DNA of 24,000 bases from Streptococcus phage LYGO9. The stretch lies in the sequence record JX409894.1; one strand, 5' to 3'. Positions within the stretch are counted from its first letter, which is position 1. Each line of letters begins with the position of its first letter. The position numbers and the translations under genes were made by a program. Shown in pieces: positions 16,606-24,000 of the stretch. A model generated the notes under the pieces. That model was not told the DNA's origin and searched no databases. It worked only from the letters and a program-made list of their open reading frames with translations.

Positions 16606-16628
16606 GGCGCTTTCACGAGCGCCTTTTT
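16606..16628 (+). terminator. Plus-strand intrinsic terminator-like hairpin
   Basis: GGCGCT-TTCACG-AGCGCC-TTTTTATTG, upstream of the ArpU-like start and opposite to gene direction. Confidence 0.5.
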
Positions 16629-16823
16629 ATTGTTCTCCTTTCATTTCTCTGCTGACTTATTTTTGTTGTTAAATTGTCGAGTATTAAATTTTTAGTTTTG
16701 CGTCAGCACTTTATTTGCAGTATTACGCTTGTATAATCATCTGTGAGCGATAACAGACTTTAGATTTTTATGAAAAAAATGTCGGAGGATATTTCCCTTT
16801 CTAAAAATTTCGCTCTATAACTA

Positions 16824-16944
16824 CGTAACGATTATTCCACGCTACGCAGCTGAATACTTACAGAAAGCTTCCAGGGTAAGTTTAACGAGTATTCCAGCTC
16901 GTAGACCCACAGAGCCATTGCAGGCTCTTAGGCGCTTGCGTGGG
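16824..16944 (-). ncRNA. Candidate structured non-coding element upstream of the ArpU-like gene
   Basis: Minus strand: AGAGCC-TGCAAT-GGCTCT enclosed by CCCAC/GTGGG (16944-16906); ACGAG/CTCGT (16902-16885); CTTAC/GTAAG (16880-16857); CGTAGCG-TGGAATAAT-CGTTACG (16846-16824). No ORF of note. Confidence 0.4.
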
Positions 16945-17058
16945 TTATTGGTCTGTTAAATCCTCTATGGCTTTTACCAGTAAAAAACACCATAAAACTA
17001 CTGTAAAAAACAAAAACGCGGCTACCATTGCGGCTAGTAAACCAGCTAAAAAAATCAT
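16945..17058 (-). CDS. Small predicted membrane protein, 37 aa
   Basis: Not in the supplied track. MIFLAGLLAAMVAAFLFFTVVLWCFLLVKAIEDLTDQ*. Confidence 0.5.
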   Translation of the reverse strand: MIFLAGLLAAMVAAFLFFTVVLWCFLLVKAIEDLTDQ

Positions 17059-17084
17059 TCTATCATTCCTTCCTCGGTCATTCA

Positions 17085-17276
17085 TTACCACCCTTCGCTT
17101 CTGAAAATCTTTGCATTTTTACGAATTTGAGCTATGACATGAGGTTTTTTAAACATGCATAGATACACGTATTCGTCCGTCTCCTCTTCGTTAGCACCTA
17201 ACTGTTTCATGGACTTCACAATACTTCTGATTCTAGTTTTATCTCTACTCATCTCAACTCCTCCAAACTTACCCAC
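17085..17276 (-). CDS. Hypothetical phage protein
   Basis: MGKFGGVEMSRDKTRIRSIVKSMKQLGANEEETDEYVYLCMFKKPHVI...; internal MSRDKTR start also possible. Confidence 0.6.
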   Translation of the reverse strand: MGKFGGVEMSRDKTRIRSIVKSMKQLGANEEETDEYVYLCMFKKPHVIAQIRKNAKIFRSEGW

Positions 17277-17494
17277 TTAAATTGTGGAAACTGTTCTGCT
17301 TCTTTGCGTGTGCAGTGGTGACCATAAAAATTTACATCCCATGCGCTGTTAGTTGAACTTACAGTTAATTTCTTGTTATGACAATCTATGTTTTCATAAC
17401 ATAAATAATTAAACTTCCAACTCGGTTCTGGCAACTCTAATACCAACACTCCTAATTCTTCAGTCATTCCGTCACCTCTTTCTTTTAACCCCAC
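17249..17494 (-). CDS. Hypothetical phage protein
   Basis: 81 aa ORF, ...YENIDCHNKKLTVSSTNSAWDVNFYGHHCTRKEAEQFPQFKWVSLEEL; overlaps neighbours in operon style. Confidence 0.6.
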   Translation of the reverse strand: MGLKERGDGMTEELGVLVLELPEPSWKFNYLCYENIDCHNKKLTVSSTNSAWDVNFYGHHCTRKEAEQFPQFKWVSLEELR

Positions 17495-17802
17495 GAAATA
17501 AGAATAAATCTATCTAAAATTATAGGATTACCAAAAATAGTATAAATAGACTCTGTTTTTAATTTTTCAACTTTAAAACCTTCACCAAGCCGATTTTTAA
17601 GCAAATCAATTGTCCTTTCGTCACCTAATCTTTTTGCAAGATATTTATCTGGTTCTTTTCCAATATTGATACGATAGGCGTTGTACCCTTCCATAGCTGT
17701 TTTTTTGATTTTTGCTTCAATGTTACATTTATCAAAATACCGATTAAACCATTTCTCATGGCTTTCGTTACCTAATTCATTTACTTCATCAAATAATGTC
17801 AT
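17485..17802 (-). CDS. Hypothetical phage protein
   Basis: 105 aa ORF with normal composition, in the accessory gene run. Confidence 0.65.
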   Translation of the reverse strand: MTLFDEVNELGNESHEKWFNRYFDKCNIEAKIKKTAMEGYNAYRINIGKEPDKYLAKRLGDERTIDLLKNRLGEGFKVEKLKTESIYTIFGNPIILDRFILISWG

Positions 17803-18319
17803 TCCTCACCTCTTTCGCCCATTGCCACGCCCAGTCAAAATCTTTGCGGATTTCTTGTTCGGTTAGTTGGTTGATTTTAGTTGTCTCATTAAAATTACCT
17901 TTGTTGATAAACACTTTTCCAGTTTGATTATCTTTGTGCAAAAATATTTTACTGTGATTGTGTGAATTAGGATTTGGTATCTCGACAGTATACAACTTCT
18001 CTTTTTGGACTGTGATGTTTGGATAGGCTAGCCAAGCTTGCATTAAGTCTGACTCTTTAGCGCCTGCTTTTGGAGTATTTAACCATTCCCACGTTTCTTT
18101 TACTGCTGAAATATTTTCAAGCAAGGAATAGAACGACCTGTTTTCATCTTTAAATTTTTTGATAATATCAAATATAATCTGTGGCACTACTGGTTGAGGT
18201 TTGTCAATCTGGTCGAGGATACTCAATACATCAATTTTTCTAACTAAATTACCTTTAAAATCGCAATAATTAAACGCATCTAGTTCTCTTATCGCTTTCT
18301 TCGCTTCTTCAATGTTCAT
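17789..18319 (-). CDS. DUF1642-like phage protein
   Basis: ...KPQPVVPQIIFDIIKKFKDENRSFYSLL...KETWEWLNTPKAGAKESDLMQAWLAYPNITVQKEKLYTVEIPNP; typical DUF1642 C-terminal pattern. Confidence 0.75.
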   Translation of the reverse strand: MNIEEAKKAIRELDAFNYCDFKGNLVRKIDVLSILDQIDKPQPVVPQIIFDIIKKFKDENRSFYSLLENISAVKETWEWLNTPKAGAKESDLMQAWLAYPNITVQKEKLYTVEIPNPNSHNHSKIFLHKDNQTGKVFINKGNFNETTKINQLTEQEIRKDFDWAWQWAKEVRNDII

Positions 18320-18332
18320 TTTTTTTCCTCGC

Positions 18333-18416
18333 TTAATCTCTAAAACTACTAATAATAATCGGTAAAAATAGTATTAGCAGTGTCAAAACAGCTGCTGTGT
18401 TATTGTCCATCCTCAT
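18333..18416 (-). CDS. Tiny predicted membrane peptide, 27 aa
   Basis: MRMDNNTAAVLTLLILFLPIIISSFRD*, preceded by GGAGGATAGGAG. Not in the track. Confidence 0.4.
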   Translation of the reverse strand: MRMDNNTAAVLTLLILFLPIIISSFRD

Positions 18417-18525
18417 CTCCTATCCTCCAAAAAATATATAAATCTCTACTTAGTACAACTGGTTTACTAAATATCTCATAAGATGATTCACATTTTTTTA
18501 CTTCGTCAATTAGCAACATAATCAT
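18400..18525 (-). CDS. Small hypothetical protein, 41 aa
   Basis: MIMLLIDEVKKCESSYEIFSKPVVLSRDLYIFWRIGDEDGQ*; fills the gap between 18522 and the downstream peptide. Not in the track. Confidence 0.4.
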   Translation of the reverse strand: MIMLLIDEVKKCESSYEIFSKPVVLSRDLYIFWRIGDEDGQ

Positions 18526-18752
18526 CCCCCATTCCCTGTCAACTCCGCTATCCGTTTTGTCTGTCTCTGATTTTGCTCTGACGACTCTTTCAAACGGTAC
18601 TGCGTGCGTATTAGTTGCTGTTGTAAACCTGTGATTTGTGGTTGGTAGTAGTTGTACAATGCAATATTTGTCGTTAACAACACGCTGACTGCTACAGTTA
18701 ATACAACAATCACAATTGACTGTTTGTGTAATTTGTTGTTTTGTTCGTTCAT
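18522..18752 (-). CDS. Small membrane-anchored coiled-coil protein
   Basis: MNEQNNKLHKQSIVIVVLTVAVSVLLTTNIALYNYYQPQITGLQQQLIRTQYRLKESS...: one TM segment then heptad-like region. Confidence 0.65.
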   Translation of the reverse strand: MNEQNNKLHKQSIVIVVLTVAVSVLLTTNIALYNYYQPQITGLQQQLIRTQYRLKESSEQNQRQTKRIAELTGNGG

Positions 18753-18964
18753 TCGTTCACGCTTTCTTCGTAAATCATGAGGATAGCTTCATAATAGTCG
18801 CTTCCATTAATGCCTCCATCAGCATACCCACTGACATTTCCTTGAAACTTAAAGTCAATTGGTTTGATTTTAGGGTTGTTGGCTATAAATTTATTACATT
18901 GATCATCTGCGCATGTATAATTATCGCCTGTACCAAAAGTAGTAAAAATTTTTGTTTTAATCAT
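18749..18964 (-). CDS. Hypothetical phage protein
   Basis: 71 aa, ATGA-type overlaps with neighbours. Confidence 0.65.
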   Translation of the reverse strand: MIKTKIFTTFGTGDNYTCADDQCNKFIANNPKIKPIDFKFQGNVSGYADGGINGSDYYEAILMIYEESVNE

Positions 18965-19365
18965 TCGTCCACGCTTTCTAGTAATTCTGGATTTTCGTAT
19001 ATGTTTCCGATATTTTCGATATCAATAGCCGCAACCAATATTTGGTATGGATACCTTTTGCTGTCTTTTGGGTATCTTATTCCGAAATACCCTTCTCTAA
19101 AGACAACTTCTCCTCGCTTGCGATAACCTGAAAAATCTTCATAATCTTTAAACCATTCAGTCTCAACCACATCCCCCTCAAAAATCTCAACGCCATTTTT
19201 ATCAAACATTCCTGTTGATTGCATGAGTATAAGTTGCTTAATATCGCCTATTGCAACACCTCCATGATCATCTTTTAATCCAACATCACCGTTTTCGTAA
19301 TCAATAAGGGTAACCTCATACATGCGTTTGAATTTCTTTGACCACGCTCTAAATTTTGGTATCAT
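18961..19365 (-). CDS. YopX family protein
   Basis: MIPKFRAWSKKFKRMYEV...LMQSTGMFDKNGVEIFEGDVVE...EVIGNIYENPELLE-like pattern (IENIGNIYENPELLESV) is diagnostic of YopX proteins. Confidence 0.92.
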   Translation of the reverse strand: MIPKFRAWSKKFKRMYEVTLIDYENGDVGLKDDHGGVAIGDIKQLILMQSTGMFDKNGVEIFEGDVVETEWFKDYEDFSGYRKRGEVVFREGYFGIRYPKDSKRYPYQILVAAIDIENIGNIYENPELLESVDE

Positions 19366-19520
19366 AACTCACCTCTCAAAAAATACTCTGCATCACTTTT
19401 AGCGATTAAGCTATCACGATAAACAATAGCTTCGTCTTTGGTCTTAAACTCTTTGTCTTTATAAACAGTAGGCAACACTCGTCCGCCAATGTGCTCATAA
19501 ACCCTAACTACGTGTGTCAT
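19362..19520 (-). CDS. Small hypothetical protein, 52 aa
   Basis: Not in the track. MTHVVRVYEHIGGRVLPTVYKDKEFKTKDEAIVYRDSLIAKSDAEYFLRGEL*; overlaps the YopX-like start. Confidence 0.6.
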   Translation of the reverse strand: MTHVVRVYEHIGGRVLPTVYKDKEFKTKDEAIVYRDSLIAKSDAEYFLRGEL

Positions 19521-19800
19521 TTGCATTCTCCGTTTTCTCTAGCCAAATTGCCAGCATTGTGCAATAATTAGCCATGTCATTTAACGTGTCTGACAGGCTT
19601 TCTGAGACGTTTTTATCACTGCTTATAAGATTATATAGTCTATTGTATTTATCGCTTATACGTACGACACCAGCGATAAATCCGAAGTTATCCAAAGACT
19701 TTTCAAACGAGTTCCCATAATCTGCATTTTTAGCCAAAAACATTTGATAATTTTCGTTGTATGCAGCTTGCATACTCTCTGCGTTTATTTTATCTGCCAT
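19504..19800 (-). CDS. DUF1599-like (nucleotide modification associated domain) protein
   Basis: KNADYGNSFEKSLDNFGFIAGVVRISDKYNRLYNLIS...ESLSDTLNDMANYCTMLAIWLE; typical motif series. Confidence 0.75.
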   Translation of the reverse strand: MADKINAESMQAAYNENYQMFLAKNADYGNSFEKSLDNFGFIAGVVRISDKYNRLYNLISSDKNVSESLSDTLNDMANYCTMLAIWLEKTENANDTRS

Positions 19801-19811
19801 ACTATACCTCC

Positions 19812-20168
19812 TCAGAAAGTCATTGCTGCGTACATCAATCGCTTAACTTCCTTGTAATGATCTAACTTTTTATCTCTGTGCTTTTTGTTTAACTTTATAA
19901 AAAGCTCCGTTTCGTGACTGTTTGGGTTGTGATACTCTCTGTATGATTTAAGATACAGCTGCACATAAATATCTTCGTCAAAATAATCTTTAAACGCTTC
20001 GATAACGTACGGCCTTGGCAAGGTTTTTCGACGTCTGTTATTTGTAACGCTACATCTTATTAGCTCAGCTTTTTTGCAATCTACATCTAGCTTTTTAATT
20101 TGCCTTACAATCCCATTGTCAAAAATTTTGTAAAATTTATCTATTAATTCATCTGTCAATTTCTTCAA
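19812..20168 (-). CDS. Hypothetical phage protein
   Basis: 118 aa ORF, lysine-rich, operon position upstream of the DUF1599-like gene. Confidence 0.6.
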   Translation of the reverse strand: MKKLTDELIDKFYKIFDNGIVRQIKKLDVDCKKAELIRCSVTNNRRRKTLPRPYVIEAFKDYFDEDIYVQLYLKSYREYHNPNSHETELFIKLNKKHRDKKLDHYKEVKRLMYAAMTF

Positions 20169-20624
20169 TCCTCACTTTTATTCTTGGATTCTGACTGTAT
20201 TTCTTCTTTGCTCTTAAATCGCATACGATATTGTCATCTGACCAAACAATGCCTGATTTCTGTATTCTGTCGTAACCTGCATCGGAAATACTATCAAAAA
20301 CAGCTTTAATCAGATTATCAATATCAGGCTTCTTAGCGTGCCATATAAGCTCACGCACGAAGTTCTGATATATTTGTATTGTTTTATCTTTAGAACGCTG
20401 TGTAGGCTCTTTTGATAGCGTTTTGGGGGCTTTCATGTAAAAGATTACCTCTACCTTTATGCAATCATCGAAAAACGGTCCATCATAATTTTTTCTATCC
20501 ATCCAGAAACCTCTTTTCGCCATCTCTTCATCTTTGGATCTTCGTACGTACCAAATTTGCTGAACTTAGGTCTAGTTTGAGGTTTTGGTTCGATTGGTAT
20601 TTCAAATTCTGTTTTAAAAGTCAT
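20149..20624 (-). pseudogene. rusA: RusA-like Holliday junction resolvase, apparently frameshifted
   Basis: N-terminal frame 20624-20457: MTFKTEFEIPIEPKPQTRPKFSKFGTYEDPKMKRWRKEVSGWIEKIMMDRFSMIA*. C-terminal frame 20149-20523: ...NYDGPFFDDCIKVEVIFYMKAP...HAKKPDIDNLIKAVFDSISDAG...WSDDNIVCDLRAKK. Frames join at an A6 tract (20494-20489). Confidence 0.8.
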
Positions 20625-20811
20625 ATTCCTCTTCAATCCCTACCAACAATGCAATTCGTTTTGAGCTAGCTAACGCTTGATATGATTTAGTCATGTACTG
20701 TTCTATTGTTGCTTTTTTAATTCCAAGCCGTGCCGATAACTCATCTTTTGTGCCAACGTCGACAAACTTGTCGTCGTCATATATTGCATATATCCTTTGT
20801 TTCTTAACCAT
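20614..20811 (-). CDS. Small hypothetical protein with HTH-like region
   Basis: MVKKQRIYAIYDDDKFVDVGTKDELSARLGIKKATIEQYMTKSYQALASSKRIALLVGIEEEYDF. Confidence 0.65.
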   Translation of the reverse strand: MVKKQRIYAIYDDDKFVDVGTKDELSARLGIKKATIEQYMTKSYQALASSKRIALLVGIEEEYDF

Positions 20812-20973
20812 TTTTCAAAAATCCACACTCGCCCTATTAAATGTGTGTGAGCTGTGGCAAGGACGAGTGTAGCAATTCTCCATATTATCGATTTTATCGA
20901 TAAGCAGACTGTTTCCTTTCTCGCTCGGAAAATATAGTTACTGCAAAGGCCGAGCTTCACTTTGCAATGTTAG

Positions 20974-21771
20974 TTAAAAAATCATTACTCTTTGTGTTAG
21001 TTTATTAGCCCTACAATACTCACAATGGCCGCAAGGTTTAGGGGGTTCTATCCCTTTTTTAACGTCATCTAAATGTTTGATGTTTTGTGCTAGGTTATCT
21101 AACTCATTTTGCATAGCATCTAAATTTTCGATTGCTATTGCTCTAGTATCTGGAGGTGTTTCTTTAGTCACTGCGTAAATGATCGGTTTAAATGGTTTAT
21201 TATATTTGGCTTCTAGCATAATTTTATAAGCGGCCATCTGTAAGATATAACCGTAAGCCTCAAACCAATAAACGCGCTCTTGACCATTCCAAACCTTCTC
21301 GTCAACAGGGCCTTTTGTGGTTTTGATGTCCACGAAGTAACCACAATCAACATTTAGGCAGTCAATTTTACCTTTGAATTCCACGCCACCAAGTAAACCT
21401 GTGATGGCTACCTCTTTTTTGCCTTGATAATATTTCATGAATTGATAATCATTTTTAAGTGCTTCAATCATCTGTTCTGCAACTAAAAAGCTTTTTTTAA
21501 ATTGGCCTTTGGTTGCCCCGCGACTCGAAATCATTTCAGAGCCATTCATTTTTTTAAATTCTTCATGAGCTTCCTCCCCCTCAAAGTAAGAGTGGACGTA
21601 ATTCCCGACGAGCAACGCAGTGTTATCTCTGGTATCTGTCCAATCACTTCGTAACTCAGCAAGCGCCCTCGCTTCGCATTCTTTAAAACGCTTGTACTGA
21701 CTAATGGACCAGTATCTAATCGCTGATTCACGGCTGTAATAGTCCTTACCGAGTAAATCTAGTTCTGTCAT
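20974..21771 (-). CDS. RecB-like PD-(D/E)XK exonuclease
   Basis: YWSISQYKRFKECEARALAEL, VGNYVHSYFEG, EFKGKIDCLNVDCGYFVDIKTTKGP and terminal CGHCEYCRANKL; paired with recT. Confidence 0.88.
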   Translation of the reverse strand: MTELDLLGKDYYSRESAIRYWSISQYKRFKECEARALAELRSDWTDTRDNTALLVGNYVHSYFEGEEAHEEFKKMNGSEMISSRGATKGQFKKSFLVAEQMIEALKNDYQFMKYYQGKKEVAITGLLGGVEFKGKIDCLNVDCGYFVDIKTTKGPVDEKVWNGQERVYWFEAYGYILQMAAYKIMLEAKYNKPFKPIIYAVTKETPPDTRAIAIENLDAMQNELDNLAQNIKHLDDVKKGIEPPKPCGHCEYCRANKLTQRVMIF

Positions 21772-22730
21772 GGCATTAAGTCCCCAAGGTTATCAAATAG
21801 GTTGCCTTCGCTAGCTTTAATTTCACCAGTTTCTTGGTCAAAATCCGGAATTTCATCTGCCGGATAAGAGGTATCTTCTAAAACCGTCTTATTTTCGTCT
21901 ATGAGCGTCTTTTCTGGTTCTGAATGTAAATCTCCAGTTACGTCTTTCAAATTGCTAGAAGCGTCTGTTTTTTCGTTCTGGTGACCAATTAAATCATCAA
22001 GAGTGTTTGTTTCTTGTGGCGTGACATCTTTTACTTGACGGTCATTGTCGTACTCGTTTTCTGTGGTACGGTTTAGGGCTTCGACAAAATATGAGCTATC
22101 ATTACTTGTATTTATAAATGATTTAGCAGCTCTATTGATTACTGTTCTCATTGCCATTTGGTCAGGAAAATCAACTTGGACATTCTTTGTTTTTGCTTTT
22201 GACCAGGCTTTATCAATTTGCTTTTTAGTCATAACGGTTAGATGTTCTTCGTCGTTGATATCCTTGATAATGCAATAAGCGCCTTTGATTGGATTGTCTT
22301 GGTTTTCCCAATCGGATTCATGACTTACAAATCTTCTACGACCGTTAACGATTTCTGATTTAAAAACATCTCCTTCAAAGATTACTCCTGCCCAAATATC
22401 TTTAACTTCATTTAGCTCTTTAACAACTTTCATTGTTCCGAAGTATGATCGCCTCAATTGTACTTTATCACCGTACTTGATGAAGTAACATTGTTTCTTT
22501 GCAGGACTCAATCCTTGCGCGACCATATCTAAAAGCGAAATATAAACACTCTCATCAGTACATTGGCTCAACAAATTACCGCTAGAGGAGTTTTTCAATT
22601 CATAGTAAGCATTACTTAAAGCGTTACCTAAACTATAATTAGGAGGAACGATAAAGTTTTCGTTTTGTTTTTCCTCGATTCGTTTGTTAACTCCAGAAGT
22701 TATCTGTCTTTCGCTCAACTCATTTGCCAT
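21768..22730 (-). CDS. recT: RecT family single-strand annealing protein
   Basis: NYSLGNALSNAYYELKN..., CTDESVYISLLDMVAQGLSPAKKQCYFIKYGDKVQLRRSYFGTMKVVKEL; hallmark RecT segment. Confidence 0.95.
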   Translation of the reverse strand: MANELSERQITSGVNKRIEEKQNENFIVPPNYSLGNALSNAYYELKNSSSGNLLSQCTDESVYISLLDMVAQGLSPAKKQCYFIKYGDKVQLRRSYFGTMKVVKELNEVKDIWAGVIFEGDVFKSEIVNGRRRFVSHESDWENQDNPIKGAYCIIKDINDEEHLTVMTKKQIDKAWSKAKTKNVQVDFPDQMAMRTVINRAAKSFINTSNDSSYFVEALNRTTENEYDNDRQVKDVTPQETNTLDDLIGHQNEKTDASSNLKDVTGDLHSEPEKTLIDENKTVLEDTSYPADEIPDFDQETGEIKASEGNLFDNLGDLMP

Positions 22731-22732
22731 CT

Positions 22733-23062
22733 CTATTCACCTCCAAAAACCTGCTCAAACATTCCATTTACCATGCTTTTAATTTTTTGCTCTTTTGTTA
22801 ACTCTGGCACTGATTCGCCATCGATAAATTTTAGGTCATAAGATGCTTCAATAACTACAACATCACACCCAAACGTTTCGGATAAGTTATCAATTTCGTC
22901 TTTTTGCATGTTGTAAGATTCTTCTGGTAGGAACGATGCCGCCTGAATGATATTTGTAAACTCCATATTATAAGCAAGCACTACATCTCTATTTTTAAAA
23001 CCCTTTAAAAAACTTCCGTCTTCAGTTTTTCTTAGCACTACAATTTTTTCTTTGATGTTCAT
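22733..23062 (-). CDS. Hypothetical phage protein
   Basis: 109 aa ORF upstream of recT in the same operon. Confidence 0.65.
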   Translation of the reverse strand: MNIKEKIVVLRKTEDGSFLKGFKNRDVVLAYNMEFTNIIQAASFLPEESYNMQKDEIDNLSETFGCDVVVIEASYDLKFIDGESVPELTKEQKIKSMVNGMFEQVFGGE

Positions 23063-23063
23063 A

Positions 23064-23225
23064 TCATTTCCTCTTTCTATGCTTTAATTGCCAGTTTTCA
23101 GCTTTTAAGCGTTTCAACTGTTTTTTAATCTCTATGTTTTCTTCCGCTTCTTGTAAATAATCAGTCATCAACTCGCTGTATCTATTTTGCCAATAACGAG
23201 TAGACTCGTATAACTCTTCGCTCAT
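23064..23225 (-). CDS. Small coiled-coil protein, 53 aa
   Basis: Not in the track. MSEELYESTRYWQNRYSELMTDYLQEAEENIEIKKQLKRLKAENWQLKHRKRK*. Confidence 0.6.
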   Translation of the reverse strand: MSEELYESTRYWQNRYSELMTDYLQEAEENIEIKKQLKRLKAENWQLKHRKRK

Positions 23226-23227
23226 AG

Positions 23228-23482
23228 TCAGTCTTCCAAAATATGCGACTTAAAAGTCCATCTGCTATCAAGTCTCCGATTGACAATTAATTCAGGTTTA
23301 ACATCAAATTCCGTTTCGATGTATTCCATTAAATCTTCGTCTGTGTAATCTTTAAATTCGTTGTAAGTCTGCCTCAAAGAAGGATCGTCATAATTTTTTA
23401 GGCAATCTACCGTAAATATAAGTGCATCTCTGAAGTTTCCATCAAATGTTATAACAAAACCATTTATTCTAATTTCTACCAT
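23228..23482 (-). CDS. Hypothetical phage protein
   Basis: 84 aa track ORF with operon-style overlap with its neighbour. Confidence 0.6.
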   Translation of the reverse strand: MVEIRINGFVITFDGNFRDALIFTVDCLKNYDDPSLRQTYNEFKDYTDEDLMEYIETEFDVKPELIVNRRLDSRWTFKSHILED

Positions 23483-23750
23483 GCGAACTACCTACAAATT
23501 TCTCTAGTCTATCTTTGAAAAAGTCAAACATTTCTCGCAACTCATTGTTTTCTTTTCTTAGGTCGTTATTATTAACCATAATATCCACTATAGAACTATC
23601 TTTTTCGAAGCATTTATATTTTAAATGTTTAACATCTTCAGACAGATCAATGTTTTTAGACTTTAAGATTTCATTTTCAATTTTTAAGTCTTTAATCCTA
23701 TTTTCTAATTCAGCTACTAATTTTAAATCTGGTCTATTTTCCAAAGTCAA
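23469..23750 (-). CDS. Hypothetical coiled-coil protein
   Basis: MTLENRPDLKLVAELENRIKDLKIENEILKSKNIDLSEDVKHLK.... Confidence 0.6.
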   Translation of the reverse strand: MTLENRPDLKLVAELENRIKDLKIENEILKSKNIDLSEDVKHLKYKCFEKDSSIVDIMVNNNDLRKENNELREMFDFFKDRLEKFVGSSHGRN

Positions 23751-23883
23751 TCCTCCCTCTGCGCAGTCTTAACTGCCTATATTCTTCAATTTTTTTATTT
23801 CGACTAGTTTCATCTAGAGCCATGATTCTTGCTGCATGGTCCTCAGATAGCCCGAAAAATGTTGTTAATGTTAGTTCCGTCAA
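23734..23883 (-). CDS. Small hypothetical protein, 49 aa, TTG start
   Basis: Not in the track. (M)TELTLTTFFGLSEDHAARIMALDETSRNKKIEEYRQLRLRRGRIDFGK*, preceded by GAAGGAG. Confidence 0.5.
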   Translation of the reverse strand: MTELTLTTFFGLSEDHAARIMALDETSRNKKIEEYRQLRLRRGRIDFGK

Positions 23884-23947
23884 AACAACAATCTCCTTCT
23901 GTCTTTCATGTTGTCAAATTTCATAAAGTGGCTCTCATCAACGCCTT

Positions 23948-24000
23948 TCATAATCCTTGAATAAGTTCTGTTACTGTATCTTCTGATAAGTTCTTCTCCG
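23948..24000 (-). CDS. C-terminus of an ORF entering from the right edge
   Basis: Open frame ...EKNLSEDTVTELIQGL* ending at 23948. Confidence 0.35.
   Translation of the reverse strand, partial: EKNLSEDTVTELIQGL

Noticed and set aside
20703-20960. Minus-strand ORF of 85 aa (MKLGLCSNYIFRARKETVCL...)
   Set aside because: Overlaps the better small ORF 20614-20811 and has unconvincing composition; kept out for lack of support.
1-24000. CRISPR array, anti-phage defence operon, retron or IS element
   Set aside because: No regularly spaced repeats, reverse transcriptase, transposase or defence-type domains were seen; gene content is ordinary phage morphogenesis and recombination apart from the RNA region.

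Overview
The window is a temperate siphophage or prophage module of Lactobacillales type. All convincing genes are on the minus strand, so the functional order reads right to left. Order: small early ORFs, a RecT plus PD-(D/E)XK exonuclease pair, a RusA-like resolvase (apparently frameshifted), small accessory ORFs (DUF1599-like, YopX-like, DUF1642-like), an ArpU-like late regulator, a ~1.3 kb tRNA/non-coding RNA region, HNH endonuclease, TerS, TerL, portal, ClpP-like prohead protease, HK97-fold capsid, head-tail connector genes, major tail protein, tail chaperones G/GT with an A_AAA_AAG -1 slippery site, tape measure, and a distal tail protein running off the left edge. The most interesting part is 14735-16122 on the minus strand. 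It holds one clean tRNA-Ser(GCT), two oversized tRNA-like genes, and hairpins that look like tRNAs reduced to acceptor stem plus T-arm. It also holds a ~680-nt ORF-poor, highly structured tract that I propose as a large ornate phage ncRNA, possibly GOLLD-like. A promoter-like element and an intrinsic terminator bracket the region. All family assignments are from sequence reading only; no database searches were run.
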